From Callorhinchus milii (Eukaryota), in NCBI RefSeq assembly GCF_018977255.1, contig NW_024704742.1:39558001-39622000 (forward strand): a DNA stretch of 64,000 nucleotides. The letters run 5' to 3'. The position numbers and the translations under genes were made by a program. This document shows positions 38,461-52,565 of this stretch, in pieces; within the stretch, counting starts at the first letter, position 1, and each line of letters opens with the position of its first letter. Below the pieces are notes generated by a model. It searched no databases, had not been told where the DNA came from, and worked only from the letters and a program-made list of their open reading frames with translations.

Positions 38461-40159
38461 TTATAATAGTATTTGTATTTGACATAGTATATATTTGCAT
38501 CAGGAGGATGGTACAAAGTGCTTCACAGGATATATTGTAACATGTAGTGACTGTATCTTTTGACAACAATGCAGCCGCAGCCAATATATAGTGGAAAAGT
38601 GAGCAACAGACATGAGAAAAATACAAAAAGTGTCAAAACGCATCGGGAGGAAGCAAGAGATTATGGATCTTTATTTGAAGGTTTCCATTCAATGTGCAGC
38701 TATCTTTGACAAATTGAATAATAACTGGTCTATGTCTCAAGGGCATTTGACTAGAATTTGAAAGAAGTTATTGTAACCTACCTCAATCTCATTGAGGCAA
38801 AGTTTGGAATAATGGGGTCAGTTTTACAGTTTTTCATGGCTCTGGTCAGTGTGATGTGCATGATGAATTTTCAGTAAATGAAAAGAGACCTCGCTCAGAT
38901 TTCTTAATTAAGAAATACAGTGCAGTTAAGAAATACTTGAAGATTTACCCTCACCGTGTGTTGTTTTGGGCAACCTGCCTTCAAAAGGAACATTGATGCA
39001 TCGGAAAGAGGAGAAGAAAAAAGATGAAGAGATCATAGTTCTGAGGAGGGATAACAAGGAGAGGGCATAATTTAATTTTTTAAACAAACCAACAAACAGA
39101 TGACTCAATATAAGAAGGCTAGTTGGCTTAGAATATCAGAACAGGATAAGAAGACTTAGTACTCTTAAACATCAAAATCCTCATGTTTCCTCCCATAAAG
39201 TAAAAGATAGGTGGAATGAGCTCCCAGGGAAAGCAGAGGATCCTGAATTGACTATCAAGACAAACTGTACAAATATATGCTTGATAGAGGTGGAAGATGT
39301 CATGAAAGTTACAAATACAGAGGATTCAATTTCTCTACATTTGGAGTCCGAGTCAAGAGATGAGAAGAAGTTTGATGAGTAGTGAATTGAAATATTTTAA
39401 TATAATATTATACCAACCAATCTTAGAGTCGATGGGGGAAGTCCTTGATGACATAGGTTTTGCAAGGACTGTGGAAAAAGTGAACTTAATGGGTGAATGG
39501 CTTTTTCTTACAGTTCTATGATCTAGTTTAATACTCTCGTCACTAAGTTACAAAAAATTAATTGCCACAGTTGCAATCCTGGATTTGAATTAAGCGCTTT
39601 CCCATATGTCTGAAAGATGGTTTGTAAATCATTTTAAAGCATACTGAACAATAATCCCATTTTTCCCAGGACTCCAAGGCAATTTTCAGCCCAAGTATCC
39701 AATAGAGAGAACTCACTTTGCTCTCTGAGCATAAGCACTACACTGAAAGGATTGGCTAATATCTCCATTAATACTATCTGAGCACCAAGTCATTTTCAAT
39801 GCTAAATTTATCCAATGAAGAAGACATCTTAAAGGGTCTTACTATTTTTGAATGGTCTGTAGCAATTTCAATCAGTGGGTTAGTGTTTCTCACAGCTCAA
39901 ATGTTGAAAGATATTTCTTGGCAAATATACTTGATATTGAGATTGTATTATTGCCATTGTCAATGGTTTGAAAGTATTAAGAAATCTGTAGAAATCAGGT
40001 TTCACTCTCAAGACTTGTTCTCATAAAAATCTGGTCAAGGGTGAGAGAAACCTGTCTAAAATTACCCATGAAGTTTGATAATTTTACATAGTTCTTTCAC
40101 TTTACCTTTTTTTGGCCATATTTTTATGAGAACCTGTAAGAGGTCATTCATTACCTATA

Positions 40160-40330
40160 AATGTAGTGACTGTAAATGTCAGCAAACACAGCAGTCATTT
40201 GTACCAGCAATGTCAAGCAAACAACCATGATCTGAATGATCAATTTGCCTGGGAACTGTTGATCAGGACACTGGTAGAAACTCTTTCCAAATAGTGTCAT
40301 GGGAATCTTAAACATCTATCTGAACAAGAT
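40160..40330 (-). mobile_element. Degenerate Deu-domain SINE fragment
   Basis: caggacactggtagaaactc...aatagtgtcatgggaatcttaaacatc. Confidence 0.55.
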
Positions 40331-41145
40331 GTCACTGAATTAGATGTCTCTTTATTGACTAGATGCAATGCCATTTCGCACAATCTCCCTCTCTGCTTTC
40401 CCATACACTCCAAAAATAGCAAGCCATCACCTTGATACGCATTCTGGGAAATGAAGTACAATACTTTACACCGAGATTTAGTGCTTAGGGAATGTACAGC
40501 TTACAAAAAACTCTGGCGTGAGAGATTGCCTGGTACCAAGCACAGCTACTGATGTGCGAAGTTTTCTGTTAAGCGTTTAACAACAGTTTGTGGTGGAGGA
40601 TTGCATGACATTACAAACCAGCCATGTGCAATGAAGCACTCCCAATTTAAACAGACTTCAGCCTTGAGGATTTTTTCCAATCACTGAAGCAAAATTTAGC
40701 CTCAATACATGCATTAACCTATCCAACCCAAGAGGAGCTTTGTGTCCTAGATACAAACACAAACAACAGGGGAATATATATTTTACAAGAGGAGAGAGAA
40801 TAAGTAATTGTCCACTGTGGTTGAGCCTAACCAAATCCAAGCAATACTTAGTGTATTATGACAAATATAGTCTCCAAATTTGCTCCTTATCCCTCCTTTC
40901 CTGAAACAGACTTGTATCGCAAGAGGTTCAATTGGGAGGAATTAATAACATTTGCCAATTATTCATGAAGAATGGTGAAAAATTCTTGAATTCGGTATTA
41001 ATTTGGAAGCCAGTTCTTAAAAAGATTTAAAAAGCTTCCAAATTTAGGTTTAAGAATTTTCACAATTAGCAAATTTAAGACAAATAATCTGATAGGAATA
41101 CTATGTGGGATTTCAGACTAAGAATATTATAACGCAGAGTTCAGT

Positions 41146-41420
41146 AACAACAACAACTCGCACTTATATAGCGTCCCTCACACAGGGTAGCGTCCCAGAG
41201 CTCTTGGCAGTGGTGGAGCACGATGCTGAACTGGGGGGAGGAGGAGGTGACCGTAGGCACGGATGAATAGGAATGTCTTCAAGAGCGACCTGAAAATGGG
41301 GAAGGAAGAGGCAAGGTGGAGAGATAGAGGAAGAGTGTTCCAGAGTTTCGGGGCATAGTGGCTGAAAGTGCGGCCACCAATAGTTGATCGGAGGGCACGA
41401 GGGACATGGAGAATGCTAGA
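41146..41420 (-). mobile_element. Older L2 3' end
   Basis: aacaacaacaactcgcacttatatagcgtcc...gttccagagtttcggggcatagtggctgaaag. Confidence 0.8.
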
Positions 41421-41572
41421 ATAATCATAATCGTAACATAAATAGTAACATACTCATAGGCTGGAATCTCTGTATTAGATATATTTAATGTGCTTACATA
41501 TGAACTACCATGATGTCTATCAATGTTTTCTTCATATTGCTTAAATTTAGTTGTGTTCTTTGTTCATTGACG

Positions 41573-42155
41573 ACAACAACAACAACTTGGATTTATATAG
41601 CGCCCTCTACGCCAGACGGCATCTCAGAGCGCTTTACAGTAACGGATCCCGGGGCCGAGCCGGGGGAGGAGGGGAAGGTGACCAAAGGCGCGGTCAAAAA
41701 GAAAGGTCTTCAGCAGAGACCTGAAAATGGGAAGGGAGGGAGCGAGACAAAGGGAGTGAGGAAGGCAGTTCCAGAGCCTCGGGGCACAGTGGCTGAAGGC
41801 ACGGCCGCCGAGGGTGGAGCAGAGGACTCGGGGGTCGAGGAGGAGGCCAGACCCGGAGGAACAAAGGCAACGGGTTTTGTTTTGAGGAGAGAGGAGGTCA
41901 GAGAGGTCGGGGGTGCAGAGGAGTGCAGGGACTTGAATACAAGGCTGAGGATCTTGAAATCGATCCTCTCTGGGATAGGCAGCCAGTGCAGTCTGGCAAG
42001 GACTGCGGTGATCAGGAAGTGGAGTTTCGTGCAGGTGAGAATGCGGGCGGCAGAGTTTTGAATGATTTGGATTGTATGGATGGTAGTGGATGGGGGATCG
42101 GCGAGGAGGGCGTTAGAGCAGTCCAGCTGAGAGGTGACAAAGGGACCAGGGTTTC
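41573..42155 (-). mobile_element. 5'-truncated L2 LINE (likely donor of the 15575-15947 tract)
   Basis: The minus strand encodes IIQNSAARIL...ARLHWLPIPERIDFKILSLVFKSLH; (ACA)n tail at 41573. Confidence 0.9.
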
Positions 42156-42361
42156 AATGACTTTTGGGGGAGGTATTAGCGGACATTGGAAGTCTGATCT
42201 GATCTATTAGGAAGCTTTGTACAGTATTTTCTCATTAAGGGAGAGATGGCATGGAATAAACTATGTGTTATTGTGTATTAAAGTGGCTGTCTAAAATATT
42301 AAAAGATATTCTTCATAAAAAAGTACAATATTTTAACCTGAGCTTCAGAATGGTCTTGTTT

Positions 42362-42752
42362 AATAATAACAATCTTTGTATTTAAATATTTGGCCCTATC
42401 ACATTGAAACATTTAAAAGTGTGTCTTAGAAAATAATGCTGTGCACTTGAAAGCGAAGGCAGTAACCAGTTTGCATACGAATAACAAGGAGGTCAATATA
42501 TCTTGGGAGTGTTGGCCAGGACACTGGGCGAAACACACTGCTATTTTAGAACAGAGTCATGGGATTTTTAACTTCCATCCTAACAGGCAGACAACACCTT
42601 AGTTATCATGTCCAGAGGACAGCGCTCACCCACTCAACCAAAATAATACTGTAGTGTCAGTCTAGACCTTGAACTCAAAGTGCTTGACATGGGACTTGAC
42701 CCACAACTTCATGATCCAGAAGCAAGAGTGCTATACCAAAGTTACAAGCTTA
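42362..42752 (-). mobile_element. Degenerate Deu-domain SINE
   Basis: ttggccaggacactggg, gtcatgggattttta, gggacttgacccacaac. Confidence 0.65.
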
Positions 42753-43440
42753 CATCTGTGAGGATAAAGTCACCTGCCAAAACAAGGGATGGGGGATGTT
42801 ACAACAAGCCAGAACCTAATGTTAAACAATTGCTATGTTGTTAAAAGCTCAGATATATGTTAACCCTCCTCACCCGGATATATTGCTCTTGAGTACTTGT
42901 GTTTTTACTCAAATCAAATTGTTTTTCATGTTTACTTATTTCCTTCAGTTTTTTTTAACAGAACATGAATATTAATAAGCCAGCAGTACATTATGTACGC
43001 ATGTGGGAAATGAACAAGTCAGAATTAGTTCTGAAGCTGAAATGCATTCAATACTTGAAAGTATGAAAATGATAATTATAGAATTCTTTGATATTGTTAA
43101 ATGGAAGAGCTCTTTGCAAGCCCACTATGTCGTAAATAGTATTTTAAGCTGATGTTTTAATGACCCTTGAATATAGCAACAAGGCTAGAACATTTTCATT
43201 AACTCATAGGTGACAGGAATCAAAATACCAATGCACTTATTTCATTAGGATCATAAAAGCTTCCCACAGGAAAGCATTTGTGTTGCTAGTAGCTCATCAC
43301 AATGGCATAACAGGAAAGCCATGTGCATCAAGAGTACAGAACTCAGCTCAGTTATGAGGAGATTTCACCTCAGACCAGAGGTCTGACAAGTCACAATGAC
43401 ATATGTTGGTTTCCCTGAATGGATTGCATTTTACTCTCAA

Positions 43441-43800
43441 ATAATAATCCTTACACGTCCTCCCGACATGAAAAGCGCTATATTAAATGCAAGGATTATT
43501 ATTATTATTATTATTTATTTATTATTTGATTTAACACCTTATTCACATTGTTGAAATGTCTCAAAGTGTTTCACAAAAATATTTTAAAGTGGATTGACTG
43601 TGTATTTTGTGGGCTAAATGTGGCAGCTAGTTGTACACAGCAGTGTCCCAAAAACAGCCATAAAGGGAGGGACCAATTTTTAAAAAAATTTGGGGGGATT
43701 ATTACCCCCAGAAAGTCATTTGCCAATCGACTAACCACTCGGTTCCTACTTACTGTTAGTTGTGTGAAGTAACAAAACTTGTCTAAGGTTTGCCCCACTC
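43441..43800 (-). mobile_element. tRNA-SINE (long variant, head missing) fused tail-to-tail with a plus-strand SINE end
   Basis: gtggcagctagttgtacacagcagtgtccc body and gccaatcgactaaccactcggttcctac insert; plus-strand tail at 43455-43512. Confidence 0.75.
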
Positions 43801-44101
43801 AAAGAGGTTTGTCTCACGACCACTCTTTATTACCATTTTTCTGAGTACCACCTTTTCAAACCCAGAGTATAACTTGGCTTTATAGCATTTTTGTAGCATC
43901 ACATGCATTTCTAGTGGTAAATTTCATTTTGACAGTTTTCACATCACCAGTATCCAAAAAATGGAATATAATACACCAATACAAATTTATATTTACATTT
44001 CAGAATCCCCTGAAGCCTAAAATAAAAGAGGAAAAAAAAAAAAATATTCACCCAACCCTAAATTCCAATATTCAGACATGGTCGTTTTTCCTTCTTTTAT
44101 G

Positions 44102-44431
44102 ATAATAATCTTTGTATTTGATATAGCGCTTTTCACATCTTCTAGATGTTTCAAAGTGCTTCACAAAATATACTGTAAAGTGAATTACCTGTACAGTTGT
44201 GGACGAAATGTGGCAGCTAATTGCACACAGCAGTGTCCCATAAACAGTCATGAATTCAATTTTTTTTTTGAAAGATTATTATCCCGGAAAAACAATCCAC
44301 CAATCAACTATCGGGTTCCTACTTTCCGCTAGATAATCAGAGGCATATGGAGTGGAGTAAGGAAACTTGCTCAACATTTTGCCTGCCAGGAATCGAACCC
44401 GAGTGCTCTAACCACTGAGCTATAGGACTCC
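44102..44431 (-). mobile_element. tRNA-derived SINE (long variant)
   Basis: ggagtcctatagctcagtggttagagcac head on the minus strand and (ATT) tail. Confidence 0.85.
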
Positions 44432-46629
44432 ATGTAGAGCACTTGTTAAACGCAGATGTTAAATACCTCTAATGATGTTCGCAACAGTAGCTACCCAGTT
44501 ATGTTTTGAAAGGCATGTGTCAGCATTTTGGAGATGTGAATCATCTCTACCCTCCACACCCTCCTCCCACGATTTTCTATTTTCTAATAAAAATATATTC
44601 AGTTCTAAAAACCTCCGTAGATAACACAGAACAGCAAACAATCTCCATGTTCTTGTCTAAACCTCTTTGAATGCCTCAATATGTTTCTAGCGCCACACGT
44701 TTTGAGATACGTTTAATCCAGTGCTATACACTTACTGTTGGTGGACTAAAAAAAATAATTTGATTCTTAGGAGCACATCCAATTACTTACAGTAAGCCTG
44801 GCATTGTTCACTGTTACTCAATACATCTCCCTATTGGTCTACCTTTCTTTTCTAATTAGCTAGAATTATAAAATCTGTTTTTTTTTCTGCTTCTATTCAT
44901 TTTGTTAGGTATTAAAGTTTAAGGCGCTCTATAAATATAATTTTGCTTTTTGTTGCTGTTGTTAAACACAGTGCCTCCCAAACACCTGCAATGCCTGGAG
45001 GTTCATACACATCTGTGGCATTTTAAAAGTTAGTATTACATATGTATTAAATTCAGGTTAAATGGATCCAAATATGAATTTGGTGGTAAATTCAGAGTTA
45101 CAACTGTTAGAAAAGTGTCCTATTCTCATTAAGAATCATGGTTCACCCCAAGACCTCTCTGCAGATAGGTTTTCACAAAGCTCCTCTAATATCACACCCT
45201 GATGAACTCCTTTCTCCTTCTTGTTGTGCCCCTATTTATCTATTGCTTAATAGCATGAGCTTCCTAGATTTCAGCAGTGATAACAGTGTTTCAGTTTGTG
45301 TCTGGTTTCCTCTTATTTTGGATCTGAAATACAATGTCTCTTTCCATGGATCCAGAAAAGAATCTCTCAAGCAATCAAAACCAATCATTTTGTATGTCGA
45401 AATCCTGATTATGATCAGTTTCAGCTTAGATGGTGGTTTTTAAATAACTTTAAACAGAGGAAAACACTTCATGCCTATTAAAGCAAACCCAAGTAGCAAA
45501 TGTTTAACTCCTAACCTGTCAAATTTTGATCCAGTACTTTCAGATTTAGGGATCTGTTGCAGATTTTCTGTCTGTAATATTTTAGCTGTCCTTCCAAACA
45601 TTTTATTCAAGTTCTGTAGTTCATTTATGTGGGCAAAGACAATGGGGACTAAGATTTGGACTGTTCCTTAATATGTTCCTTGTCTTAATAAGCATTAGGG
45701 TCTGTTAAGGATCCCACAAAGTGTGTAAATAAGACCTATATTTCCATTGTCGTCGACCAGTTCAAAACTTGTTGTTTACTTCTCATATATTAATTGAGAA
45801 CAAAATAAAGGCTCTAATTTATAGAGAAAAGGTGACCCTTAATGGTCTCTCCTCCAAGGCTTATCATAAAATCATGAAAACTTACTATTTCATGGATTTC
45901 CTGAGATTGTAAAGTGAAGCAGTGGCTAAAGTGATCAATGAATGGATTGCCACTCCCCTATTCCTATGTAGGTATATAAGCTTTCATTGGAATATAAATT
46001 CTGACTGAATAAAAGAGATAAAGCATGAACTTGTATTGTGCGTCTCTCTCTATACTTATGCACATCTGGAAATAACATGCCAGTAAAAATAACTTACATA
46101 CTGCATTACACTGAAGCATCATTGTAAGGTGGCAGTGGGGTCCACAAAATCCTAATCTGTTTTATAACAAGGCTATGACAGTTGGTTTCATCTGGCATGT
46201 GTGCAGCTGGATAGTTCATATGTTGAAGAAATGACCAACTACCAGGTCATTAGGTAGATATTGGAATGCTAGAAATGCTAGCTTAATGCTAGAAATCCAG
46301 TCATGTTTCTATATTCTTGCTCAGTCACCATGAGCTTTCCTTTAGTTGTCAATGATGTCATTTCTGATCAGTTCTGTAGTCAGTACTGCTGATTGTTTGC
46401 TTATGGGCTCAAGAGTCATGTCCAGCTTGCATATGTGCTTAACTGTGATTATTATTGGTCAACAATGATTTAATGGCTTAACCTTCTGCCAGTGCTACTT
46501 TAGGTCTCTGTTCATTGGAAAATAGGATGGTATCTGATTGCTGCTCAGTCACTGCTCTAAATTAATCTGAATTGCCTTAACACTTGGAGAACATGGGTTA
46601 CAATCATACACACATTTATAACATCCAGG

Positions 46630-47176
46630 CATGACTGTGCAAACTCCCTGCTTGTCGGGCTCCCCAATTAATCCAGAACTCTGCAGCCCGTGTCCTCTCC
46701 CCCACCTGGCTCCGTGACCCTATCACCCCTATCCTCGCCCGACTCTACTGGCTTCCCATCACACAGAGGATACAGTTCAAGATCTTGCTCCTCACTTTCA
46801 AAGCCCTCCATAGCCTTGCTCCACCCTACCTCTGTGACCTCCTAATCCCCTACCAACCTACCCGCTCCCTCCACTCAGAGAGCTCTGGCCTGCTTCACAT
46901 CCCCCGCCTCATCAAGCCTTCAGCCACTCTGCCCCCACCACCTGGAACTCCATCCCGCAGTCCCTTCACCTCACCTCCTCCTTTGTCTCCTTCAAGACCC
47001 ATCTCAAGACCCTCCTCTTTGACCGTGCCTTTGATCACCCTCCTTCCCCCCCTGCCCTCCACCCTCCCCAATCCAGACCCCTAGATCGGTTCCGCAACAC
47101 TGACTGTCCAGCTCCTTAGGACGTTCTCCCGACGAGAAAAGCCCTGTACAAATGTAATTTTGTTGTTGTGTTGTTT
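46630..47176 (+). mobile_element. L2 3' portion
   Basis: QNSAARVL, LLTFKALHSLAPPYLCDLL, (TTG)n tail. Confidence 0.9.
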
Positions 47177-50100
47177 GTAAATCAGCAACGTGTTATTCAG
47201 AAAACATCACAGCATTATAGCAACATATTTGCAAACAAAACCTTACACTTTTCCAGGCAGCATACAGGGTAAAAGTATTTTGGTTTGGACAATAGTAGAG
47301 AAATAGAAAATTCTACACTGATACACAGACTGAAGATAGATCAATAGACCACTCAGTACCTAGCTGACAAGCATGATGCATAAATTGATTCAGAAGCTAA
47401 TTAGTGCATCTTAAAAATCTAAACAATTAAACACTCAATATAAAGACAAAATATTAAGTTCACCATGGCTAAACACAATATATATAAATTTTCCAGCTAA
47501 TTCTCAAAATAAAACTTTTGTAATGCAATAATAATATAAATGTAGCATTGTCATTGCTTTTCTAAGCACATGGATACCAATCAAAGCTATTTATATAGCT
47601 TAAGTAATCTGTCAGCCAGAATAGAACAAAGATGTGATAAGATCTGCAATAAAATATGCAAGAGAGTATGTCAGTTGTACTAACAGTTACAGTTTAACAT
47701 AGTATCCATATTTAAAACTGTAAATTGACGTACTTCGCATAAAGCATTACGTTGCCGATGAAGCAACATTTCCGTTATAAATGATTTTAACAAAGACTTA
47801 AGATTACACTTAAGAAAATCTTTATTTCAGCATTTTACTCTGATTCTAAATTGTGAATCACAAATAAGTAATGCAAGAATTTAAAATTAAAAACAGAGTT
47901 TCCTCAGATTTATTACTCAGCATGGTCAGTCAGTCAGTTCTCATATTTAAGTTGGATGTTAATGCCGAAAGACATTGTCAATATGCTCTCTCCTCTACCA
48001 GTATCTGAAGACGTCTGTTGTCTTTCATTCAAGCTTCTCAGTTATAGTCCCACTATTGCAAATTTGGAATTTCACATGAACCCATTCTGTTACCTCCTGA
48101 AATTATCACTCTAAAACCATATGGTAAGCAAACCTCTCCAATGAAATATTCTTGTGGCAACACATTCTGGAGTTAAATTGGTTACTATTCCTTAACCGCC
48201 AGCATTATTTATCACAGCAATTAGTAGTGTTAAGTATGATCTCCTTCAAACTTAATTTACTGTAACATAGTGAATGGACACTTGGTGACAACATCCCCTC
48301 CCACCCTATCCCAAGTGTCTTGATTTCAACCTCAATCACTGCTATGTTGGGTTTCCACTAATAAGGCAACAAATAAGAGAGTTTGGCCTGGGAGATAGAT
48401 TGGTTGAGTCAGAGAAAGGTGATTACTTTATGAAAATAATTAAAATGCAATCTAAATAATCCCAATATTTGCGATGTATAATCATGTCAATATAAATATT
48501 TATGTCTATTTAGGAGAATGCACAATAACATCAGCACAGAAACACATCTATAAATGAAAAATGGAATCTCATTATTAATACTGTTAACACTGTTTAAGAC
48601 AGAAACATTTTCTCAGCATACTATTCAGTGGGAGTTGGATGTGTGTTGCTTGGCATTGCCTTCCAAGTAGAAACAAGGTGGCCTTGTGTCTTTTTGGCTA
48701 CTTATAACATTCTAAGTACATGCTACGTCATGCACTGCTGTATCTAAGATCATATGGCTTGCCCACACATCCTGTTTAGACTCACACTTTAAGAATGATC
48801 ACTTGAACGAGGTGCGGGAGTGCAACTGGTGTTTAGGAGAAGTGCCATATAATATGAGTCAGTGCCTTCAGGAAAGGAAGAGGTGAGAAAAGAATGCAAA
48901 AAAAGGACATAATTTAGGACCTGTACAGCAGTTGGCATGTCGTGGAATTGAAGACAGAAAGATGACAACTCTCCTATCTGTCATGTACATCAGGACACTA
49001 AAATACTTGGGAGAATTCATATCTCAGAGGTACTGGATAAACCTGCCACCATACATACAATAGCTTAAAAAAAATTCTCTTGAAGGTCAGGAATAAACAC
49101 TATATAACCTGTACAATCCTGACACAGGATCGTGAGATGACTTGCTGAAGTAGTGACCTTTAGTGCCAAAGCCCAAAGCCCAAAACAATGTTTTCTTGGT
49201 GTCAGCACCACATACTAAATTTAAGAAGGAAAGAAAAGTCAATGGAAAGCAGCATGAAGTACGTTGGCTCTGATCAATGACTTACTGTCACACGTACAGT
49301 TACACCAATGCCAGGAAAAGTGTTTGCCTGCTGGCTAGGTCATTCTCACACAGCCAAGATGTTCTTTTAACCTTTCCTTCTAACTGGGCTTTGAAATTCT
49401 TGTGAGCTTGATATATTAATGCTTCAAGCAGTTTGTTATTCATTGTCCCTGAACATAGCATTGTTAGAAATACTGTACATACAAACCATTCAGTTGTCTT
49501 AAAGAGAACACATTACCATACAAAAACATTTCTATCAATGCAAATATAAAATGGTTGTCCTAAGGAAGTATAATATGGTACAGTGAGCTTTCATTTCAGG
49601 ATAACTGGATGAAAAATGCAATATCCAATGTTGTACTTCTAAAATTGTGTTCAAACCAATTTATAATAATTGTTTAATCACAGAAGTGTCCATCCCCCCA
49701 CCCCCCACACTCCACGATTTAGGTCGAACAGTTGGGCACAGAACTTTCAGCAGATAAGAAAATAGAATAGAGGGGTATAGAAGGATTGAGGGAAAACGTG
49801 GAATATTAACACTGGTACAAACTATAAATAATAATCCTTGCATTTTTATAGCACCTTTCACATCAGGAGAATATACCAAAGTGCTTCACAGGATGTACTG
49901 TAAAGTGCAGGGACCTTGTATTTTCTAGGCAACTATTAGAATATGAATGACCTGTTTCAGTGCCGTATCATTAGTGTGATCATTGCTGATGCTGAAGTCG
50001 CTAACAGCCACCATTGATGTTGACAATTGTGGAGTGTGGCATTGGAGTACTACTTCATAGAATATCGATGCACTCAAAATACATTGGGGTGCGGGGGGTG

Positions 50101-50493
50101 CGGAGGTGATGGTGGAATGACATATCAGTGGCTAATCACTATTTCCATCTCAACCAATACTGTCCTACTTCAGGTCTGCTGCCTAATCATCCACTGGTAG
50201 ATGAATTTTCAGGTAATCTGCCCTCACACTGTGGAACTCCATCCCAGAGTTCTTCCCTATCACTCTTCCACTTTTTTAAAGCCTTTTGATTTACCTCTTT
50301 ACCCGTGTTTTCAGTTATCTTCCCCCACTCTTTAACCCCTCCTCCCCCTCCCCGGCTCAGTATCCAGCGAGCTGGTAAAACGGTTTGATGTATCTTCCTG
50401 ATTGGAAAGGCACTATGTAAATTGTATTGCATTGTACAATCACATGTATCAATGAGAATGATAATTATCGCTAGTGGTAGTTAATAAATCAAC

Positions 50494-50910
50494 GATCCTC
50501 ATCCTCACCTTTAAGGCCATCCATGGCCTTGCCTCCTCCGACCTTTGTGACCTGTTCACTCCCTAACATCCTGCCTGCTCACTTAGCTCATCAGGCTCCG
50601 GTCTGCTCCATGTCTCCCGCCCGACCCACCCTACCATCGGTGGCCAGGCTTTCAGCCTCTGCCTCACGCTCTGGAATTCCATCCCACCGTCCCTTCATCT
50701 CGCTTCCTCTTTTGCCTCCTTCAAGGCTGGTCTCAAGACCCTTCTCTTTGACCATGCCTTTGGTCTCCCTCCCACCTCTCTGCCTTCCCTCACCCCTACA
50801 CCATCCCTCCTCCATGCTCGGGTCCCGACATCTGACTGCTCAGCACTTTGGGACATCCTCCAGACAAGATAGGTGCTCTATAAATGTAATTTTGTTGTTG
50901 TTGTTGTTAT
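50494..50910 (+). mobile_element. L2 3' end (an older L2 end precedes it at ~50205-50430)
   Basis: atcctcatcctcacctttaaggccatccatggccttgcc, closely similar to 6080-6495; (GTT)n tail. Confidence 0.9.
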
Positions 50911-51349
50911 TGAAATGTTAGCTTTTTTTTTTGCTTTGGTTTGTCTTTGACCTCCAAATCCCCAAATTTCAATCTTCACGAAAGGGAATTTAACGTAGAT
51001 TTGAGACCAAGACAGATACTGTCAGATTGTCAGCCATACAAGGGCATATAAATAGCGTGCAAAGGTGTGTTTTTCTTTTCATTCTCTCTGGTGGTTCTTT
51101 TTATGGACTTTGGGACTGATCCATAGCAAGACCTGTCTCTGAAAACCAAGCATAGCAATCATGAGGTTCAGCAGACTGTAACAGGATAGGTCCACCCATT
51201 AATCTACCGACATAGCTCAGTTAACACTGCCATAGTTGATAATGTGGAAGTGGAAACTGACTGTGACATTGGCTGTGTGGCAGAATTTAATGTGCTATCA
51301 TAGGGACTGAGTGGAGACGAAAGTGCAAAGATGTCCATCAGAATCTACA

Positions 51350-51466
51350 GCTCAGCCTTGAAACGGTAAACCTATTTTTCTCTTTCAGTCACTGATTGAC
51401 ATCCTGTAGATTTCCAGCATTCCCATGTTTATTTTAGATTTCCAGCTTTCACAGTTTTGCTTTTCA
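51350..51466 (+). mobile_element. Degenerate Penelope-like terminal repeat remnant
   Basis: ttgaaacggtaa...atttccagcatt...tttattttagatttccagc resembles 37185-37250 and 38420-38460. Confidence 0.5.
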
Positions 51467-52565
51467 TGTGGAATAACATGCCTCTGCTCGCCTCAATGGT
51501 GAAAAATAGCCACAATCTATGAAGAAACTTGCAGACATCCACATTTGCTGAATCAAAATGAATCACTGTAAAATGAATCAGACTATTGGTGTTTAAAGGA
51601 AACCTTTAGCAGTTTGTGTCTGCTAAAGTTTTAACACGTCCGATACATAGATCTGATTTACCTCCATTTACTGTACTAAAAAGTCAAAAATAAATCAGCA
51701 AAAAGTCATGAAATTTTTATAGTAAAATTTTGCAACACAAAGTGCGAGTTGTGAAAAGTTAAAAATTGTTAGCAATTAGCCAGTGGTTAGTTTGTAAAGT
51801 GAAGACTTTGATCTCTGATCTAAATTCTAATCTTCCTTGCTTGCAGACACTAAATGCTACTTTTCTGTACATCAAAAGATAATAAATGCTTAGCATAACT
51901 GTTATATTTGACAGGAACATCCTGCATACAGCTGTTAAGGTTATTTCAGCTGTAAATGAGGGATAATTATGCGCATTTATTGCCCGAACAATAACGTCTG
52001 ATTGAACACATCTAAGAATGTAAATTTATCTCTGGGAGTAAGTTAAGCCTTAAGCTATATACATCTTCTAAAACAGCTTTTTAATTGTTTTAAGCAGCTT
52101 CCCTGTTTAAAGCTTAAGTCTTTGACCCTTATCATGATACACTGGAATAATGGTGTTACCATGACACTGTTCCAAATGGCATCTTTAGCTAAGAGAATCA
52201 GGAAGTAGAGATTTATGGAACAGGAAATGGAGCTGATTGTGGAGGAGGTGCTGATGAGATAGTTATCCATCTTGGGAACCATCACAATCAACTGAACTCC
52301 AAAACCCATTTAAAGATCTGGGAAGAAGGAGCGGGTGAGCAATTAGACGCAACCGCTTACAATAAAAACATCTGGTAGATGTTGGAAAGAGATTGACTGA
52401 CATTGAAAAGATGTGTGTAACCGCCAGCCGAGAGTGGTTCACAAGATCACAATTCCTACCCAATGACCCCCTGATGTTCACAGAGGAGAGAAAGTTGTCA
52501 CACATTTGTGGTATGTGGATTCAGTTGGAGGTTAATTGTGGTAAGTATAGTGTGATGTGAAAAAT

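Noticed and set aside
48002..48123. Plus-strand exon with gtaagc donor
   Set aside because: All three frames from the best acceptor contain stops; only a weaker internal acceptor gives an open frame.
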